NCBI GenBank assembly: GCA_964016885.1
Contig: CAXHJY010001243.1
Coordinates: 1-24,345 of the forward strand
Direction: 5' to 3'
DNA: 24,345 bases
Source: Eledone cirrhosa
Lineage: Eukaryota
Below, piece by piece: positions 22,531-24,345 of the stretch. A model generated the notes under the pieces. That model saw only the letters and a program-made list of their open reading frames with translations. It had not been told where the DNA came from and ran no database searches. The position numbers and the translations under genes are program-made. Position 1 is the stretch's first letter. The number at the start of each line of letters is the position of its first letter.

Positions 22531-22849
22531 TTTTACTCATGTCTGTCTTCATTTTTCTTCTTTCACCTAAACATCCTCTTTTCTGCCTGTTTCTGTCTGT
22601 CAAAGAGGGTTAGCGCCCAGAACGTTAAGTTTCTTTGCCATTCTGTCAATTGTTAAACTAATACCTTGCAACAGTGAAAGAGATAGCGATGATTATAAGC
22701 CCTCTCTTCCTCTGTTAAACGATGTAACACAGGAAATGTTAAAGTCCCAATGTCTGAATTCTCATATGGATATATATTTCAGTATTTGTACATGATATTT
22801 GTAATATGTTGTTTCTAACATATTTAACAGCACAAATATATCTAACAAT

Positions 22850-23063
22850 GATTTCTAGTATAGGCACAAGGCCAGTAATTTGGGGGAAGGGAAAGTCAAT
22901 TAAATCGACCCCAGTACGTTACTGGTACTTTATTTTATCGACCCCGTAAGGATGAAAGGCAAAGTTAACCTCAGCAGGATTTGAACTCAGACCGTAAAGA
23001 ACCGTAACTCTATGCTGCAAAGCATGGTGTCCCACTCTCTACCGCTACTGCCAATCCACCGCC
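22850..23063 (-). mobile_element. SINE family A (longer variant)
   Basis: Reverse match; direct repeat aatatat(at)ctaacaat on both flanks. Confidence 0.88.
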
Positions 23064-23615
23064 CTCACCAATATATATCTAACAATAAAAATCAGCCTTT
23101 GACCTTGGAATCCACAAATCAAGTTGTGCATACTCACCCTCACATATACGCACACATGTGCACATATGTGCATTATATCTGTATGTGTGTATTTATTAAT
23201 GTACCCGTGTGTGTACGTTTAGATGAGAATGTTTACGTACTGCAAAGTAGATTTAGCAACTAAATAAACGTCAAACCAGCATGCCATATTTGGCAAGTAA
23301 GATATAAAGATATATTCGTTTTTGCCAGGAAACACCGGTGAGGGACATTTTTCTTTCTGTTTTTGTTTTTGTTTTTGTTTTTGTTGTTGTTGTTGTTGTT
23401 TTTCTTTAGAATACCATGATGCCTGCGTGTTGCTGTGTTTTCTTCCTTATGCTACAACAGCGTGTTTATCACGTGATCTTATCAAGAGAAAGGACCGCGT
23501 TAAGGAGCTGATCAGAATGTGTTCAGATTAAAAGACGGCCCGACATACTGACGCATTGAATGATAGAAAGACAAACGGATGGATGGGTATATGCATTGGA
23601 AGTAGATAGGTAGCT

Positions 23616-24276
23616 TACACACGCACACACATACACACACACATACACACACGCACACACATACACACACATACACACACGCACGCACATACACACACAT
23701 ACACACACGCACACACATACACACACATACACACACGCACGCACATACACACAGACACACAGACACACACACACATACACACATACACACATACACACAT
23801 ACACACATACACACATACACACACACACGCACACATACACACACACACGCACATACACACACACATACACACACACACAGAGACACACACACGCACACAT
23901 ACACACATACACACACACATACGCACACACACACACAACACACGTACATATGTATGCACGGATGCATGTATGTATGTATGGATGTATGGATGCATGTATG
24001 TATGCACGAATGCATGTATGTATGTATGCAGGTATGTATGCAAGCATGTATGTATGTATGTATGTATGTATGTATGTATGCAGGTATGCAAGCATGTATG
24101 TATGCAAGCATGTATGTATGTATGTATGTATGTATGTATGTATGTATGTATGCATGTATGTATGTATGTATGTATGTATGTATGTATGTATGTATGTATG
24201 TATGTATGCAAGCATGTATGTATGTATGTATGTATGTATGTATGTATGTATGTATGTATGTATGTATGCAAGCATG

Positions 24277-24310
<34 letters not shown>

Positions 24311-24345
24311 TGTATGTATGTATGCAAGCATGTATGTATGTATGC
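23616..24345. repeat. Compound microsatellite (CA)n then (TATG)n
   Basis: Directly visible; it is the source of the long HTYI/CVCV ORFs. Confidence 0.97.

Noticed and set aside
23512-24331. Long ORFs of HTYI/CVCV/YIYI repeats (also 10322-10813, 15701-15943, 16653-16951, 19541-19844)
   Set aside because: They are translations of microsatellites.

Overview
AT-rich, repeat-dense eukaryotic DNA. The SINE/LINE repertoire and the (AT)n/(CA)n/(TATG)n load resemble an octopod cephalopod; this is recognition, not a search result. Most ORFs in the supplied track are microsatellite or transposon artefacts. By matching splice sites and phases by hand I reconstructed one protein-coding gene on the minus strand, with six coding exons: 14724-14629, 11319-11113, 9221-9173, 8280-8192, 6351-6096 and 2312-2269. 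It encodes a 246-aa protein with six T/S-x-Y/H-x-x-x-F/Y (Mn-type) motifs, i.e. a SAXO-like axonemal microtubule inner protein. The intron after coding exon 1 holds a frame-broken paralogue of that exon. The rest is transposon debris: two tRNA-derived SINE families, RTE LINE 3' ends, an RLE-type non-LTR fragment, C2H2-zinc-finger-bearing retroelement relics, Helitron and mariner fragments, Tc1/pogo and hAT MITEs, and several (AT)n-embedded Penelope-like termini. One Penelope-like copy keeps a GIY-YIG fragment and a minimal hammerhead ribozyme motif in each inverted pLTR. There is also an 81-bp frame-preserving minisatellite. No CRISPR array, rRNA gene or genuine tRNA gene was seen.
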